Shown here: positions 21,667 through 33,153 of the stretch, piece after piece
Numbering within the stretch: the stretch's first letter is position 1
Layout: every line of letters begins with the position of its first letter
Source of the DNA: Ignavibacteriota bacterium
GTDB lineage: Bacteria > Bacteroidota > Ignavibacteria > UBA10030 > CAVZMI01
NCBI GenBank assembly: GCA_963776275.1
Contig: CAVZMI010000006.1
Location: forward strand, 102,453 to 166,452
Direction: 5' to 3'
Length of the DNA stretch: 64,000 nucleotides
Notes under the pieces: generated by a model
Database searches by the model: none
The model's input: the letters and a program-made list of their open reading frames with translations, nothing else
What the model was told of the DNA's origin: nothing
Made by a program: the position numbers and the translations under genes

Positions 21667-23211
21667 TTGATTAAAATCCGCCGCGCGCTCATTAGTGTTT
21701 CAAATAAAGAGGGGCTGTTTGAATTTGCCCATGCACTTCAACAACTTGGAGTTGAGATTATTTCGACCGGAGGAACTGCCGCCGCACTTCGGAACGAGAG
21801 CATTCCTGTCACATCAATCTTCAACGTCACTGGTTTTCCCGAGATCATGGATGGCCGGGTGAAAACGCTTCACCCAAAAATTCACGGTGCATTACTTGGT
21901 GTTCTCGACAACCCGAAGCATATGCAAGCCATGAAAGAAAATGGTATCGTCCCAATTGATCTTGTCGTGGTGAATCTCTACCCCTTTGAAGAAACCTTAA
22001 AACATGGACATACGACGCCGGAGGAGGCTATCGAGCAAATCGACATCGGCGGTCCGGCGATGCTACGATCGGCCGCAAAGAATTATCGGTTTAAAGCGGT
22101 GGTCGTCAATCCGAAACGTTATGCGGAGATCATCAAGGAGCTGCAGGAACAACACGGTCTTATTTCTGAAAAAACCCGCCTAAGCCTTGCATGCGAAGTA
22201 TTTCATCATACCGCTCATTATGATTCAGTGATAGCAAATTATTTCGATTCAATGCAGTGTCAGGAAGACGGTGCTCTTCCGCAGACGCTCCACTTCATGC
22301 TGAGCAAATCGATGGATCTCAGGTATGGCGAGAATCCTCACCAGCATGCGGCGTTCTATGGCGATTTCGAACGATGCTTCCAGAAATTACACGGAAAAGA
22401 ACTTTCATTTAACAATATTATTGACATCAACGCAGCCGCAATCCTGTTGGCCGAGTTTGATGCTCCCACTGCGGTGATTATCAAACATACAAATCCTTGC
22501 GGAGTTGGCTCTGACGCCGTACTTGCGCAAGCATATAAAAAGGCTTTTTCGACCGATACAATATCAGCATTCGGCGGGATTGTTGCAGTCAACCGTCCGC
22601 TTGATCTCGATACCGCCCGATTAATCAACGAAATCTTTACAGAAGTCATCATTGCACCTGAATTTTCTCCGGAAGTGCTTGAGCTGCTCATAAAAAAGAA
22701 AGACCGGCGGTTGATCAAACTTATCGCAGATCTTCGGGCAGTCAACGATCTGGAAATACGGAAGGTTGCCTCCGGTTATCTGGTACAGAGTCCTGACCAG
22801 CACCGCCTGTCAAAAAACGATTTAAAAATCGTCACGAAACGAAAACCGACCGATGAAGAAATCGATGCAATGCTGTTCGCCTGGAAAGTTGCGATGCACG
22901 TAAAATCGAATGCCATTGTTTATGCACGGAAAGATCAGACACTTGGCGTCGGTGCCGGACAGATGTCGCGTGTTGATTCATCACGTATCGCTGCATGGAA
23001 GGCTAAAGAGGCCAAATTTGATATGAGGGGGTGTGCTGTTGCATCAGATGCATTTTTCCCTTTTGCCGATGGGCTTCTGGAAGCCGTCAGGGCAGGAGCG
23101 ACTTCGGTAATTGAGCCGGGCGGATCGGTTCGCGATGAGGAAGTAATCAAAGCGGCAGATGACAATAATATCGCAATGGCATTTACGGGCATACGGCATT
23201 TCAAGCATTAA
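21667..23211 (+). CDS. purH: Bifunctional AICAR formyltransferase/IMP cyclohydrolase
   Basis: RALISVS, GRVKTLHP, LRYGENPHQ, KHTNPCG, ASDAFFPF, RHFKH. Confidence 0.98.
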   Translation: MIKIRRALISVSNKEGLFEFAHALQQLGVEIISTGGTAAALRNESIPVTSIFNVTGFPEIMDGRVKTLHPKIHGALLGVLDNPKHMQAMKENGIVPIDLVVVNLYPFEETLKHGHTTPEEAIEQIDIGGPAMLRSAAKNYRFKAVVVNPKRYAEIIKELQEQHGLISEKTRLSLACEVFHHTAHYDSVIANYFDSMQCQEDGALPQTLHFMLSKSMDLRYGENPHQHAAFYGDFERCFQKLHGKELSFNNIIDINAAAILLAEFDAPTAVIIKHTNPCGVGSDAVLAQAYKKAFSTDTISAFGGIVAVNRPLDLDTARLINEIFTEVIIAPEFSPEVLELLIKKKDRRLIKLIADLRAVNDLEIRKVASGYLVQSPDQHRLSKNDLKIVTKRKPTDEEIDAMLFAWKVAMHVKSNAIVYARKDQTLGVGAGQMSRVDSSRIAAWKAKEAKFDMRGCAVASDAFFPFADGLLEAVRAGATSVIEPGGSVRDEEVIKAADDNNIAMAFTGIRHFKH

Positions 23212-23244
23212 TGGTTTAGAATAACAGTGAAAAGATAATTATCC

Positions 23245-24270
23245 ATGGGACTTTTCTCACTTTTTTCCGCTGACCTTGCCATAGACCTCGGCACAGCAAA
23301 CACTCTGATCTGGGTGAAGGGTAGAGGGATCGTACTTAACGAGCCATCCATTGTCGCCTTTGACCGCAACACAAAAAAAATCGTCGCAATCGGGAATGAA
23401 GCCCGGGAAATGCTGGGCCGCACTCACCGCGATATCCGTACAATCCGTCCGATGAAAGACGGCGTGATTGCCGATTTTGAAATTGCCGAAGGAATGCTTC
23501 GTGAGTTTATCAAGAAGATTCATGCAAACTGGCTGCCAAGCCGTCGGATTGTCATATGCGTCCCTAGCGGGGTCACTGAAGTTGAAAAACGCGCAGTCCG
23601 TGATAGTGCGGAGCATGCCGGCGCGAAGGAAGTCCACCTTGTCGCAGAACCGATGGCTGCTGCGATTGGTATTGAGCTTGACGTTGATGCTCCGGCCGGA
23701 AATATGGTCGTCGATATTGGCGGAGGCACGACCGAAATCGCCGTTATTGCTTTGTCCGGCATCGTGAACGAAGAATCGATCCGTGTCGCCGGTGATGAGA
23801 TGAACAACTCGATCATCCAGTACTTCAAAAAAAACCATAATATACTTATCGGTGAAAGAACCGCCGAGGCGATAAAATGCGAGGTTGGTTCTGCAATGCC
23901 GTTGAAAGAGGAAATTACTATTCAGGTGAAGGGTCGTGATCTTGTCAATGGAATTCCCAAGACAATAGAAGCCAGTTCGGTTGAAATCCGTGAAGCGCTT
24001 GCCGAGCCAACCGCAGCTATAGTGAATGCTATCAAACTAACGCTGGAGCGAACTCCCCCCGAGCTCTCCGCCGATATTCTGGATCGTGGTGTGATGCTCA
24101 CCGGTGGCGGTGCATTGTTAAAAGGACTCGATGAACGCCTTCGACTCGAGACCAGCCTACCGGTCCATGTCGCTGAAGATCCGTTGACTGCAGTCGTTCG
24201 CGGAACGGGGAAAATCATGGAGGACATCGTAAAATATCGGAAAGTCCTAATCAAGAGCCGCCGATACTAA
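23245..24270 (+). CDS. mreB: Rod shape-determining actin-like protein MreB
   Basis: IDLGTANT, DIGGGTTE, LTGGGALL. Confidence 0.98.
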   Translation: MGLFSLFSADLAIDLGTANTLIWVKGRGIVLNEPSIVAFDRNTKKIVAIGNEAREMLGRTHRDIRTIRPMKDGVIADFEIAEGMLREFIKKIHANWLPSRRIVICVPSGVTEVEKRAVRDSAEHAGAKEVHLVAEPMAAAIGIELDVDAPAGNMVVDIGGGTTEIAVIALSGIVNEESIRVAGDEMNNSIIQYFKKNHNILIGERTAEAIKCEVGSAMPLKEEITIQVKGRDLVNGIPKTIEASSVEIREALAEPTAAIVNAIKLTLERTPPELSADILDRGVMLTGGGALLKGLDERLRLETSLPVHVAEDPLTAVVRGTGKIMEDIVKYRKVLIKSRRY

Positions 24271-24275
24271 GGTGT

Positions 24276-25106
24276 ATGCATCGTTTATATACAATACTGC
24301 AATTATTTAAAGAATACATCGTTCTTGCACTGTTCATATTCTGTTCGATCATTCTTCTCTTATCCAACAACAACATCCAGATTCAGTATATACGATCATT
24401 GACGGTAGCCGTTGTGGGGGTGGCAGAGAACACATTTTCTTTTATACCAAATCTTTTTGAGCTCCCCCGGGAAAACCGTATTCTAAGACGGCGTACCGTC
24501 GAACTTGCCGATGAAGTTGCAAAACTGCGTGAAGCACGACTCGAGAATATCCGACTCCGGAAATTACTCCGCTTCGCATCAACGACGCAACTTCGTATAA
24601 TATCTGCAGAGGTCATCAGCAAGAATCTTCATCTCCTTCACAATACAATGGTTATAAACGTCGGGAGCGCTGACAGTGTAGCCACTTCAATGCCCGTCAT
24701 TTCCGATGCCGGTCTTGTCGGACGCATTACAACCGTCAGTACGAATTATTCGATAGTGCAATTGTTGTTAAACCGCGACTTTCGTGCTAGCGTCAAAATA
24801 CAGCGGAGCCGTGTCGACGGAATCCTTGCATGGCAGGGTGGGATGATCGCCATCATTAAAAATATTTCCAAATCACAGGATGTACGTGTCGGCGATCTCG
24901 TAATGACATCCGAATACAGCAATACATTTCCGCCCAATATTGAGGTAGGCATTATCTCATCCGTCAGCGATGAAATTGGCACCCTTTTTAAAAAAGTGGC
25001 AGTACAGCCGTCGGTCGATTTCGCCAGATTACAGGAAGTGTTTGTTATTCGCACAACTCCTGATTCCGCTCGCGAGGCGATTTTCTTAAAACTTCCAAAG
25101 GAGTAA
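24276..25106 (+). CDS. mreC: Rod shape-determining protein MreC
   Basis: TM + coiled coil (ENIRLRKLL), GLVGRI, GDLVMTS; operon position. Confidence 0.93.
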   Translation: MHRLYTILQLFKEYIVLALFIFCSIILLLSNNNIQIQYIRSLTVAVVGVAENTFSFIPNLFELPRENRILRRRTVELADEVAKLREARLENIRLRKLLRFASTTQLRIISAEVISKNLHLLHNTMVINVGSADSVATSMPVISDAGLVGRITTVSTNYSIVQLLLNRDFRASVKIQRSRVDGILAWQGGMIAIIKNISKSQDVRVGDLVMTSEYSNTFPPNIEVGIISSVSDEIGTLFKKVAVQPSVDFARLQEVFVIRTTPDSAREAIFLKLPKE

Positions 25107-25110
25107 TACG

Positions 25111-25605
25111 GTGGAGATTCGTCGAATCGCGCGGTATTGTGGAAGTGCTCTTATCATCCTGATCCTTCAAATCATGGTGGTAAAATTTCTTGCCATCGAG
25201 GGAATTACGCCTGATATTCTCTTAATCTGGCTGTCGTACCTGACACTTACAGAGGGACAAATCGTCGGGACGATCGGGGGCTTTTCTCTCGGCGTACTGT
25301 TCGACCTGGCAGTGGGGGGATTCCTCGGATTGACCGCGTTATCCAAAACGATTGCATGTTTTTTCGGGGGGTACTTTTACAATGAAAGTAAAACACTCAT
25401 GACGCTCGGAAGTTTTCAGTTTGTTGCATTTGTCTTTGTTCTTTCCTTTGTGAATAATGCCATCTATTTTGCTATATTCGTGGCTGGAATTCAGATGCAT
25501 TATCCGGCAACGGTGCTCTGGTATGGACTTACCACAGCAATATACACAGCGGTTGTAAGCCTTTTACCGATGTTTCTTTTTTCACGAAAAGTGAAATTTG
25601 GATAG
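25111..25605 (+). CDS. mreD: Rod shape-determining protein MreD
   Basis: Hydrophobic, PDILLI motif, between mreC and mrdA. Confidence 0.88.
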   Translation: MEIRRIARYCGSALIILILQIMVVKFLAIEGITPDILLIWLSYLTLTEGQIVGTIGGFSLGVLFDLAVGGFLGLTALSKTIACFFGGYFYNESKTLMTLGSFQFVAFVFVLSFVNNAIYFAIFVAGIQMHYPATVLWYGLTTAIYTAVVSLLPMFLFSRKVKFG

Positions 25606-27484
25606 ATCGAGGACCCGTACAATGCTTGACAATCAATTCGGATCATTCTCACGGCGGAATGCCTTCAACGGCGTTATCGCCATCGTGATGATTATTTTCT
25701 TAGCCCGACTATACCAACTCCAACTCGTCGAACAAATCGAATACGGAAAAAAGTCGGAAGAAAACAGTATCCAGCCGATTACAAAAGAACCTATCCGCGG
25801 TTTTCTCTTTGACAGGAACGGAATGCTCATCGTCGACAGCCGTCCTTCTTATACACTTACTATCACACCGCACGAGTATAACGATAGGAATACAGATTTT
25901 CTCGCCTCGATTCTCCGCGTCAGTCCAGACCACATTCGTGAGCGTGTGCGTCGCGGCCGTCAGTACTCTGTTTTTCAACCTGTAAAAGTTCTGCGGGATC
26001 TTGATTTCCACACTCTTTCGATATTCGAAGAAAACCGGGAACACCTGCCCGGCGTCGATTATATCGTAGAATCCAAGCGATTCTATACAACACGTGCGCG
26101 TGCATCTCACCTTCTCGGATATACAAAAGAAATCTCCGACCGCCAACTCTCTGAAACAGGCGGCTATTATAAGCAGGGCGACGTCATAGGATCGGTGGGG
26201 ATCGAGTCATCATACGAACAATTCCTTCGGGGAGAAAAAGGAGTTGAATATATGTTGCGAAACGCCCGCGGTCAGCTTATCGGCAATTACGAAGAAGGAA
26301 AGCATGATATTCCTTCCAAAGACGGCTTCGATCTGTATCTTTCTTTCGACAGCAATTTACAAACCGCAGCCGAATCGCTTCTTGTCGGGAAACGGGGAAG
26401 CGTTGTCGCAATCGATCCGCAGAATGGTGAACTGCTTGCTGTGGCAAGTTCACCCGATTTCGATCTGGCCGATTTCAGCGGTGTTACCCCCACCGAACTG
26501 TGGTCTAAACTTTATGAAGATCCGGACGTCCCTCTGTACAACCGGGCGACACTCACCCGCTATCCTCCAGGATCGACATTCAAAATGGTGCTCGCCACGG
26601 CGGCAATCAACGAAGGGATTATTAACACCGAGTGGACGGCAAACTGTCCGGGTTCATTCAGGTTTGGGAATAAGGTCTTCAAGTGTTCCCACGGGAAGGC
26701 TCACGGACGCGTCAACATCACCCGTGCAATTCAAGTCTCGTGCAACGTCTTCTTTTATAATCTTATGTTGAAGGTCGGACTTGATCGATGGTCGAAGTAT
26801 GCGACAATGTTCGGGTTCGGTCAGACAACAGGGATTGATATCCCGGAGGAGAATCCCGGTCTTGTCCCTTCTACACAATATTATAATCGTGTATACGGAA
26901 AAGGAGGCTGGACACAGGGATATCTCGTAAGCCTCGGCATCGGTCAGGGTGAGGTTGGTGTTACTCCGCTGCAAATGGCCATCTATGCATCAGAGTTAGC
27001 TAATGAAGGACAATTTTTTCAACCTCATGCAGTACGCGCAATAAAAATTAAACGGACAGGACGAATCGATTCCATCCAGTACATATCGCGTATGATGGAT
27101 GTACAAAAAACTACATGGGATATCGTGCGGAACGGAATGCGCCTTGCAGTTCTCCCCGGAGGGACAGGAATGGCAGCTCACATTCCGGGAATTGAGATTG
27201 CCGGAAAAACGGGTACCGCACAAAATCCGCACGGAAAAGATCATGCATGGTTTATTGGGTTTGCACCTTATGAGAACCCGAAAATAGCCGTTGCGGTAAT
27301 CATCGAGAATGCCGGCTATGGAGGAACTGAAGCAGCTCCTATCGCCGGCCGTGTAATGGAACAATATCTCTACGGGGAAATCATCCGGGATAATCCCCAG
27401 AAAATGCGGTCTATTACCGGATCAGCACCAATAACGACAGAAAAAGCATTAAAAAATAAACCGGTCGGACTTCTCAACCATTAA
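25598..27484 (+). CDS. mrdA: Penicillin-binding protein 2 (alternative start ATG 25622)
   Basis: RGFLFDRNG, YPPGSTFK, SCNVFF, AGKTGTAQ. Confidence 0.96.
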   Translation: MDRSRTRTMLDNQFGSFSRRNAFNGVIAIVMIIFLARLYQLQLVEQIEYGKKSEENSIQPITKEPIRGFLFDRNGMLIVDSRPSYTLTITPHEYNDRNTDFLASILRVSPDHIRERVRRGRQYSVFQPVKVLRDLDFHTLSIFEENREHLPGVDYIVESKRFYTTRARASHLLGYTKEISDRQLSETGGYYKQGDVIGSVGIESSYEQFLRGEKGVEYMLRNARGQLIGNYEEGKHDIPSKDGFDLYLSFDSNLQTAAESLLVGKRGSVVAIDPQNGELLAVASSPDFDLADFSGVTPTELWSKLYEDPDVPLYNRATLTRYPPGSTFKMVLATAAINEGIINTEWTANCPGSFRFGNKVFKCSHGKAHGRVNITRAIQVSCNVFFYNLMLKVGLDRWSKYATMFGFGQTTGIDIPEENPGLVPSTQYYNRVYGKGGWTQGYLVSLGIGQGEVGVTPLQMAIYASELANEGQFFQPHAVRAIKIKRTGRIDSIQYISRMMDVQKTTWDIVRNGMRLAVLPGGTGMAAHIPGIEIAGKTGTAQNPHGKDHAWFIGFAPYENPKIAVAVIIENAGYGGTEAAPIAGRVMEQYLYGEIIRDNPQKMRSITGSAPITTEKALKNKPVGLLNH

Positions 27485-27496
27485 GACTGGTATCCA

Positions 27497-28714
27497 GTGA
27501 ATACATATTTTAAACAATATTTCGATTTTCACATTGCCGCTATAGCTACCGTTCTTCTCGGCGTGGGACTTCTTTCAATTTTCAGCGCCACGTATGATGC
27601 AGGTGCATCGCGATATTTTTCTCAGCAAATTCTCTGGACAGCCATGGGTATTTTAGGAATGTTGTTTATGATGGTGATTCCGAACAGAATGCTCGAACGG
27701 ATAGCAATTCCTGCCTATATCATTTCGCTCGGTTTTCTTTTCGCAATTCTTATCATTGGAAAATCTGTCGGAGGATCGACCAGCTGGTTTGGTCTGGGGG
27801 GAATTGGCGGTCAACCCTCGGAGTTCGCGAAAATAACCACCGTCCTGGCACTTGCCGCATATCTTTCACGAACCACCACCGACGTTGAAAGCGTCCGGGG
27901 ACTCCTCACGATGGCAGGAATAATCATCGCACCGGCCATTCTGATTCTGGCACAACCTGATACGGGTACAGCCCTCGTCTTTGCAGGAATTTTTCTTCCA
28001 ATCCTGTATTGGAGCGGTGCAACAATCTTCACGATTTTTGCCATGGTTGCCCCTATCATTGCCGCAGTCGCGGCGCTTTTCGGCACACTCTGGCTGCTAC
28101 TGACTCTCGTCGGAATATTTATAATATTGTACTTTATGAAACGCGACCGTTTTGTCTCGGCGGTTGTATTCAGTTCTGCGGTTCTTATCGGTTTCTCGGT
28201 TCAGTTTGTGTATCATAAACTTCCGCTCCACCAGCAAAAGAGGATCGCCACATTCCTCGCTCCAAATATCGATCCACTCGGTGCCGGATATAACGTCATG
28301 CAATCGAAAGTAGCCATCGGGTCAGGAGGTTTTACAGGGAAGGGATTTCTTCATGGAACGCAGACGCAACTTCGCTTTATTCCCGCACAATGGACCGATT
28401 TTATTTACTGTGTACCAAGTGAAGAGTTCGGTTTTATAGGGGCTGCGATTGTATTAATTCTCCTCACATTGTTTTTACTTCGCGGAGTGCGGATCGCTTC
28501 TGCGGCAAAAAACAAGTTTCTCAGCGTAGTTGCAATAGGGGTGACCTCGATTCTCGGAGTTCACATTTTCATTAACATCGCGATGGTGCTGGGCCTCATT
28601 CCGGTTATCGGTATACCTCTGCCATTTTTGAGTTATGGCGGCTCATCGCTCATCGCCACCATGTTAATTGTAGGACTTTTATTAAACGTATATGCTAACA
28701 GGAAGGAATACTAA
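27497..28714 (+). CDS. rodA: SEDS peptidoglycan polymerase RodA
   Basis: QPSEFAK, QPDTGT, TDFI, GIPLPFLSYGGSS. Confidence 0.96.
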   Translation: MNTYFKQYFDFHIAAIATVLLGVGLLSIFSATYDAGASRYFSQQILWTAMGILGMLFMMVIPNRMLERIAIPAYIISLGFLFAILIIGKSVGGSTSWFGLGGIGGQPSEFAKITTVLALAAYLSRTTTDVESVRGLLTMAGIIIAPAILILAQPDTGTALVFAGIFLPILYWSGATIFTIFAMVAPIIAAVAALFGTLWLLLTLVGIFIILYFMKRDRFVSAVVFSSAVLIGFSVQFVYHKLPLHQQKRIATFLAPNIDPLGAGYNVMQSKVAIGSGGFTGKGFLHGTQTQLRFIPAQWTDFIYCVPSEEFGFIGAAIVLILLTLFLLRGVRIASAAKNKFLSVVAIGVTSILGVHIFINIAMVLGLIPVIGIPLPFLSYGGSSLIATMLIVGLLLNVYANRKEY

Positions 28715-28719
28715 AATCT

Positions 28720-31147
28720 ATGAGCATAAAAGAGCTTCCTGTCTCGAAACTTCGTTGGCATTGTCTTCCGGAGGATCTCCCTCCCTCCACCACGGAAGTC
28801 CACCCCAGCAAGGATATCATTGGTCAGGAGCGTGCACTTAAAGCACTACGGCTCGGTCTTGAAATGAACCACTTTGGATACAATATCTTCGTCACCGGCC
28901 TTTCGGGTACCGGACGCACAACTACAATAAAGCGTCTGATTCATGAATTCGAGCGGCGAAAGGTTCATCTGACCGACAAATGCTATGTGCATAACTTTAA
29001 AAATCCCGACATGCCGCGTCTGATCGTTCTCCCGGCAGGACAAGGGTGCATGTTGAAGAACGACATGGACAACTTCGTCAACGACCTGTTGAAAAACATT
29101 CCATCCTTATTCGAGAGCAAAAGGTATCAGGAACAGCGAAAAAAATTATTGGAAGTCTTTCAGGAGCGGCAAAAATCCGTCCTCAAAGAATTTGAGAAAA
29201 AAGTCCGTGAACAACAGTTTGAATTGATTCAGGTACAGGTAGGATCGATCGTCCGGCCCGATATTATCCCGGTGATCAACGGCACACCGACAAGTTTCGA
29301 CCAGCTCGAGACTGCAGTGCAGTCGGGACAATTTTCATCGGAGGAGCTCGAACGGCTCCGTAATAGTTATATCGGCCTTGAAAAGGTAATGGAAACAACA
29401 TTCCGTGAAATGCGTAATATCGAACGAAAAGCGAAAGATGAACTAAGCGCGTTCGACACCAATACAATACTTCCGCTTATGAAGTACGCGATCAAAGACA
29501 TGAAGGAAAAGTATGCGAACGAGACGGTCAGCGCATATCTTGATGACGTTCTGGAGAATATTCTTGCCGATTTTCCCCGATTCCGGAACGAGGCTGCAGG
29601 AGAGCACGAGTCATCGGAATCACGAACCGAAAAAGGGGACCTGGAAGATGGATTCATCGAATATCAGGTCAATGTCCTTGTCGACAACGGTGAAACAAAA
29701 ACGCTGCCGATTATCATCGAAACCAACCCGCGATATAAAAATTTATTCGGGACCATCGAACGGGAATTTGAAGCCGGCGGCGTTCTCAGAACAGATTTCA
29801 TGCAAATAAAAGCCGGATCTCTGCTTCGTGCCGACGGCGGATTTCTTATTCTGTATGCACTCGATACGTTAATCGAACCTTCTGTCTGGACCGATCTGAA
29901 ACGCACCCTCCGGACAGAAAGGCTGGAACTTCACACAAATGATTTCGCGTACGGTATCTCCACTACTGTATTAAAACCGGAACCGATTCCACTAAACGTC
30001 AAAGTCATCATGATCGGCGACGCGGAAATCTATCAACTTCTGTATTACCGCGACGATGATTTTAAGAAAATATTCAAACTCCGTGCAGACTTCGACGTTG
30101 TGATGAATCTCGATAAGAAAAGCATCACCCGGTATGCATCGTTTATCAAGATGATCTGTGATGAAGAGAACCTGCTTCCGTTTGACAGCTCGGCAATCGG
30201 AGGCATGGTCGAATATGGAATAAGGCTCGCAGGACGCCAGACAAAACTCTCTACCCGATTCAATCTTGTTGCCGATGTACTTCGGGAAGCAAATTACTGG
30301 GCTCGCCGTGATCAAAAAACAATGGTTCTCCACGAACATGTCGAAAAAGCAATCGCAGAACGAATCGAGCGCGTCAACCTCATCGAAGAGAAAATTCAAG
30401 AGATGATCAACGAGGGAACAATCCTTATTGCCGCACACGGAAAAGCTGTCGGCCAGGTCAACGGACTGTCGGTGTACGACCTCGGCGAATATGCGTTCGG
30501 AAGACCGTCACGGATTACCGTGAAAACCGGCATGGGACGCGCGGGGTTGATCAATATCGAGCGCGAATCGGATATGAGCCGGTCCGACCCATAATAAAGG
30601 AGTACTAATCATCGCCGGATTCATGCGATCACGGTTTGCGCAAAATAAACCTCTCGTGATGAGCGCCAGCATTTGTTTTGAACAATCGTACAGCGGTGTC
30701 GACGGTGACAGCGCGTCATCGACGGAGATCTATGCCCTTCTCTCAAGTCTATCCGAGATCCCGCTTCGTCAAGATCTCGCGGTAACCGGCTCGGTGAATC
30801 AGAACGGCGAGATCCAGCCGATCGGCGGCGTCAATGAAAAAATCGAGGGATTTTTCGACGTCTGCAAAACCTTCGGCCTGACAGGAACACAGGGCGTTCT
30901 CATTCCACAACAGAACGTGTCCGATTTAATGCTGCGGAAAGACGTTGTTGAGGCGGTTCAAGTGAAGAAATTCCATGTATATCCTATCAGGACCAGCGAC
31001 GAAGGAATCGAACTCCTCACCGGCATTAAAGCGGGAAAGCGCCGTAAAAACGGCTCATTCGAGCCGAAGAGTGTCAACGCGTGCGTCGATGCGAAACTCA
31101 CTGAATTCGCCCGCCGGTGGAAAGAGCTGGAGGAAACTTCCTCATGA
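28720..31147 (+). CDS. Lon-like protease (LonC/LonB-type: AAA-like + Lon_C); apparent +1 frameshift at ~30580
   Basis: IIGQERA, Walker A variant [15 protein letters not shown], catalytic DGDSAS and NEKIEG; removing one C gives [14 protein letters not shown]. Confidence 0.9.
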
Positions 31148-31965
31148 GTTCGATGTCGCTCGAATCATTTCTCATTATCATTGCTGGAGGCTTCGTCACG
31201 GGGATATTGGGAGCGCTCTTCGGGATCGGCGGAGGGTTGTTTCTTATCCCGTTCCTCGTAATACTGTTTCACATCCCGATGCATACAGCGATCGCGACAA
31301 GCCTTGTAGCCATTATTGCAACATCGAGCGCCGCCGCATCGGTCTACGTCGAACGCCGGCAGACGAATATCCGCCTCGGGATGATACTGGAAATCACCAC
31401 AACAATAGGGGCCATCCTGGGCGGAATCACTGCGGTTATGGTCAGCGGTCTTCTTCTAAAAAAAATCTTTGCAGTGACTATCATGATCATGGGATTTATC
31501 ATGCTGCGCCGGTCTCGAAAGCGCGGCGAGCGGCAGACGGAGCTCATCCCCGGAGCCCGGCTAAACGGAAGATATCTGGACGGTGCTACGGGAAAAATTG
31601 TGGAATATTCCGTCCGGAGAATTCCGGTGGGAATGGGAATTTCATTCATAGCCGGCAATATCTCCGGCCTTCTCGGAGTCGGCGGTGGAGTCATTAAAGT
31701 ACCGGCGATGAACCTGTTCTGCGGTGTTCCGATGAAAGCCGCGACTGCAACGAGTAATTTCATGATCGGCGTTACTGCGGTGGCCAGCGCATTTATTTAT
31801 TACGCTCACGGCCATATCGAACCGCTCGTGACCAGCGCCGCCGTCATAGGCGTGCTGATCGGTTCGCTTCTTGGAACGCGCATTGGCTATCGGATTACCA
31901 ATAAGGTCATCACGGGCCTGTTCGCTCTTGTCATGCTTCTTATCGCACTGCGAATGTTCTTTTAA
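31144..31965 (+). CDS. Sulfite exporter TauE/SafE (TSUP) family protein
   Basis: [31 protein letters not shown]; ATGA overlap with the Lon stop. Confidence 0.9.
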   Translation: MSSMSLESFLIIIAGGFVTGILGALFGIGGGLFLIPFLVILFHIPMHTAIATSLVAIIATSSAAASVYVERRQTNIRLGMILEITTTIGAILGGITAVMVSGLLLKKIFAVTIMIMGFIMLRRSRKRGERQTELIPGARLNGRYLDGATGKIVEYSVRRIPVGMGISFIAGNISGLLGVGGGVIKVPAMNLFCGVPMKAATATSNFMIGVTAVASAFIYYAHGHIEPLVTSAAVIGVLIGSLLGTRIGYRITNKVITGLFALVMLLIALRMFF

Positions 31966-31966
31966 T

Positions 31967-32338
31967 ATGATTACTGATACTACGTTGGAAAAAATTGTCA
32001 GCCGGACTCTCCGGTACGGAGTCTTCCTCAGCGCATTTTTCATGCTGGCCGGTTTCATTGCATATGCACTGACTTCATCGTCAATTCCTCTGCCGACCGA
32101 CAGTTCGCCGGCGACACTCTGGCATTTTTTCAATACGCAACCGCTGCACGTCGTCCTCATGCATCCATATTTTCTCTTTTATACCGGAATCCTTATTCTC
32201 CTTTGCACGCCGGTTCTCCGTGTCTTGGTCGCAGTGGCGAGTTTCAGCCTGGAAAAGGATTGGAGATTTGTCTGGATTTCAGGTCTTGTCTTTCTGATTA
32301 TCATTGTCAGCATGATAATTGCTTCAACGAAGTCATAA
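31967..32338 (+). CDS. DUF1634-family membrane protein
   Basis: LRYGV, GILIL.CTPVLRV, EKDW.F; usual partner of TSUP. Confidence 0.8.
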   Translation: MITDTTLEKIVSRTLRYGVFLSAFFMLAGFIAYALTSSSIPLPTDSSPATLWHFFNTQPLHVVLMHPYFLFYTGILILLCTPVLRVLVAVASFSLEKDWRFVWISGLVFLIIIVSMIIASTKS

Positions 32339-33024
32339 TGCTTAATATCAGCGAACAATTCTATTCGATACAGGGAGAGGGAAAAACAGCGGGAACGCCC
32401 GCGGTCTTTCTCCGCCTCTCCGGATGCAATCTTCTTTGTACGTGGCCGTGTGATACAATCGAAGTATGGCGACAGGGAAAACCATGGAGCAATAAAGACA
32501 TCTTAAACTTCTGGGAACGTAATGGCTGGATCGATTTGCTAGGCAATGGTTCGCACCTTGTTCTGACAGGCGGCGAACCTCTTCTTCAACAAAAAGCGCT
32601 GGCACAATTTCTTACCCTCCTTCCTAAAGATATATTTATCGAAGTGGAGACAAATGCGACGATTACACCAATCCCGGAACTTGAACAATGTATTTCATTG
32701 TATAACATCTCCCCAAAGACGGCCAACAGCGGCATCCCCCGGGAACACAGGTTCGTTCAGGACACTCTCGAATATTTCGGCCATAACAATAAATGCATAT
32801 TCAAATTTGTTGTGGAATCCCGCGAAGATGTCGAAGAAATACTACGTGAATTTATCACACCATTCGCGATCGCACGACAGCGGGTATTCCTGATGCCTCA
32901 GTGTGCGAGACGCAGTGAATTCATCGAAAAATCGACACGGGTCGTAGAGTTGTGCAAGGAATATCAATTCAATTTCTCACCACGTCTTCAGCTCATGATC
33001 TGGGATAAAGCAAATGGTGCATAA
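32338..33024 (+). CDS. queE: 7-carboxy-7-deazaguanine synthase QueE (radical SAM)
   Basis: EQFYSIQGEG, FLRLSGCNLLC..CDT, LTGGEPLLQ, EVETN, SPK, PRLQ..IW. Confidence 0.9.
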   Translation: MLNISEQFYSIQGEGKTAGTPAVFLRLSGCNLLCTWPCDTIEVWRQGKPWSNKDILNFWERNGWIDLLGNGSHLVLTGGEPLLQQKALAQFLTLLPKDIFIEVETNATITPIPELEQCISLYNISPKTANSGIPREHRFVQDTLEYFGHNNKCIFKFVVESREDVEEILREFITPFAIARQRVFLMPQCARRSEFIEKSTRVVELCKEYQFNFSPRLQLMIWDKANGA

Positions 33025-33094
33025 AAATCGTATTACCGTCGTATAGAAATCTAATTATTAAGACATCGTATTTCTAGAATGGCAATATAAAGTA

Positions 33095-33137
33095 AGAAAG
33101 CCCCGCATCAGTTGATGGATGTGGGACTTTCTCTTTT
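33095..33137. terminator. Bidirectional intrinsic terminator
   Basis: GAAAGCCCCGCATC...GATGTGGGACTTTC hairpin between convergent queE and C25 genes, with T-rich flank. Confidence 0.6.
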
Positions 33138-33153
33138 ATCATTTTGTGTAAAT

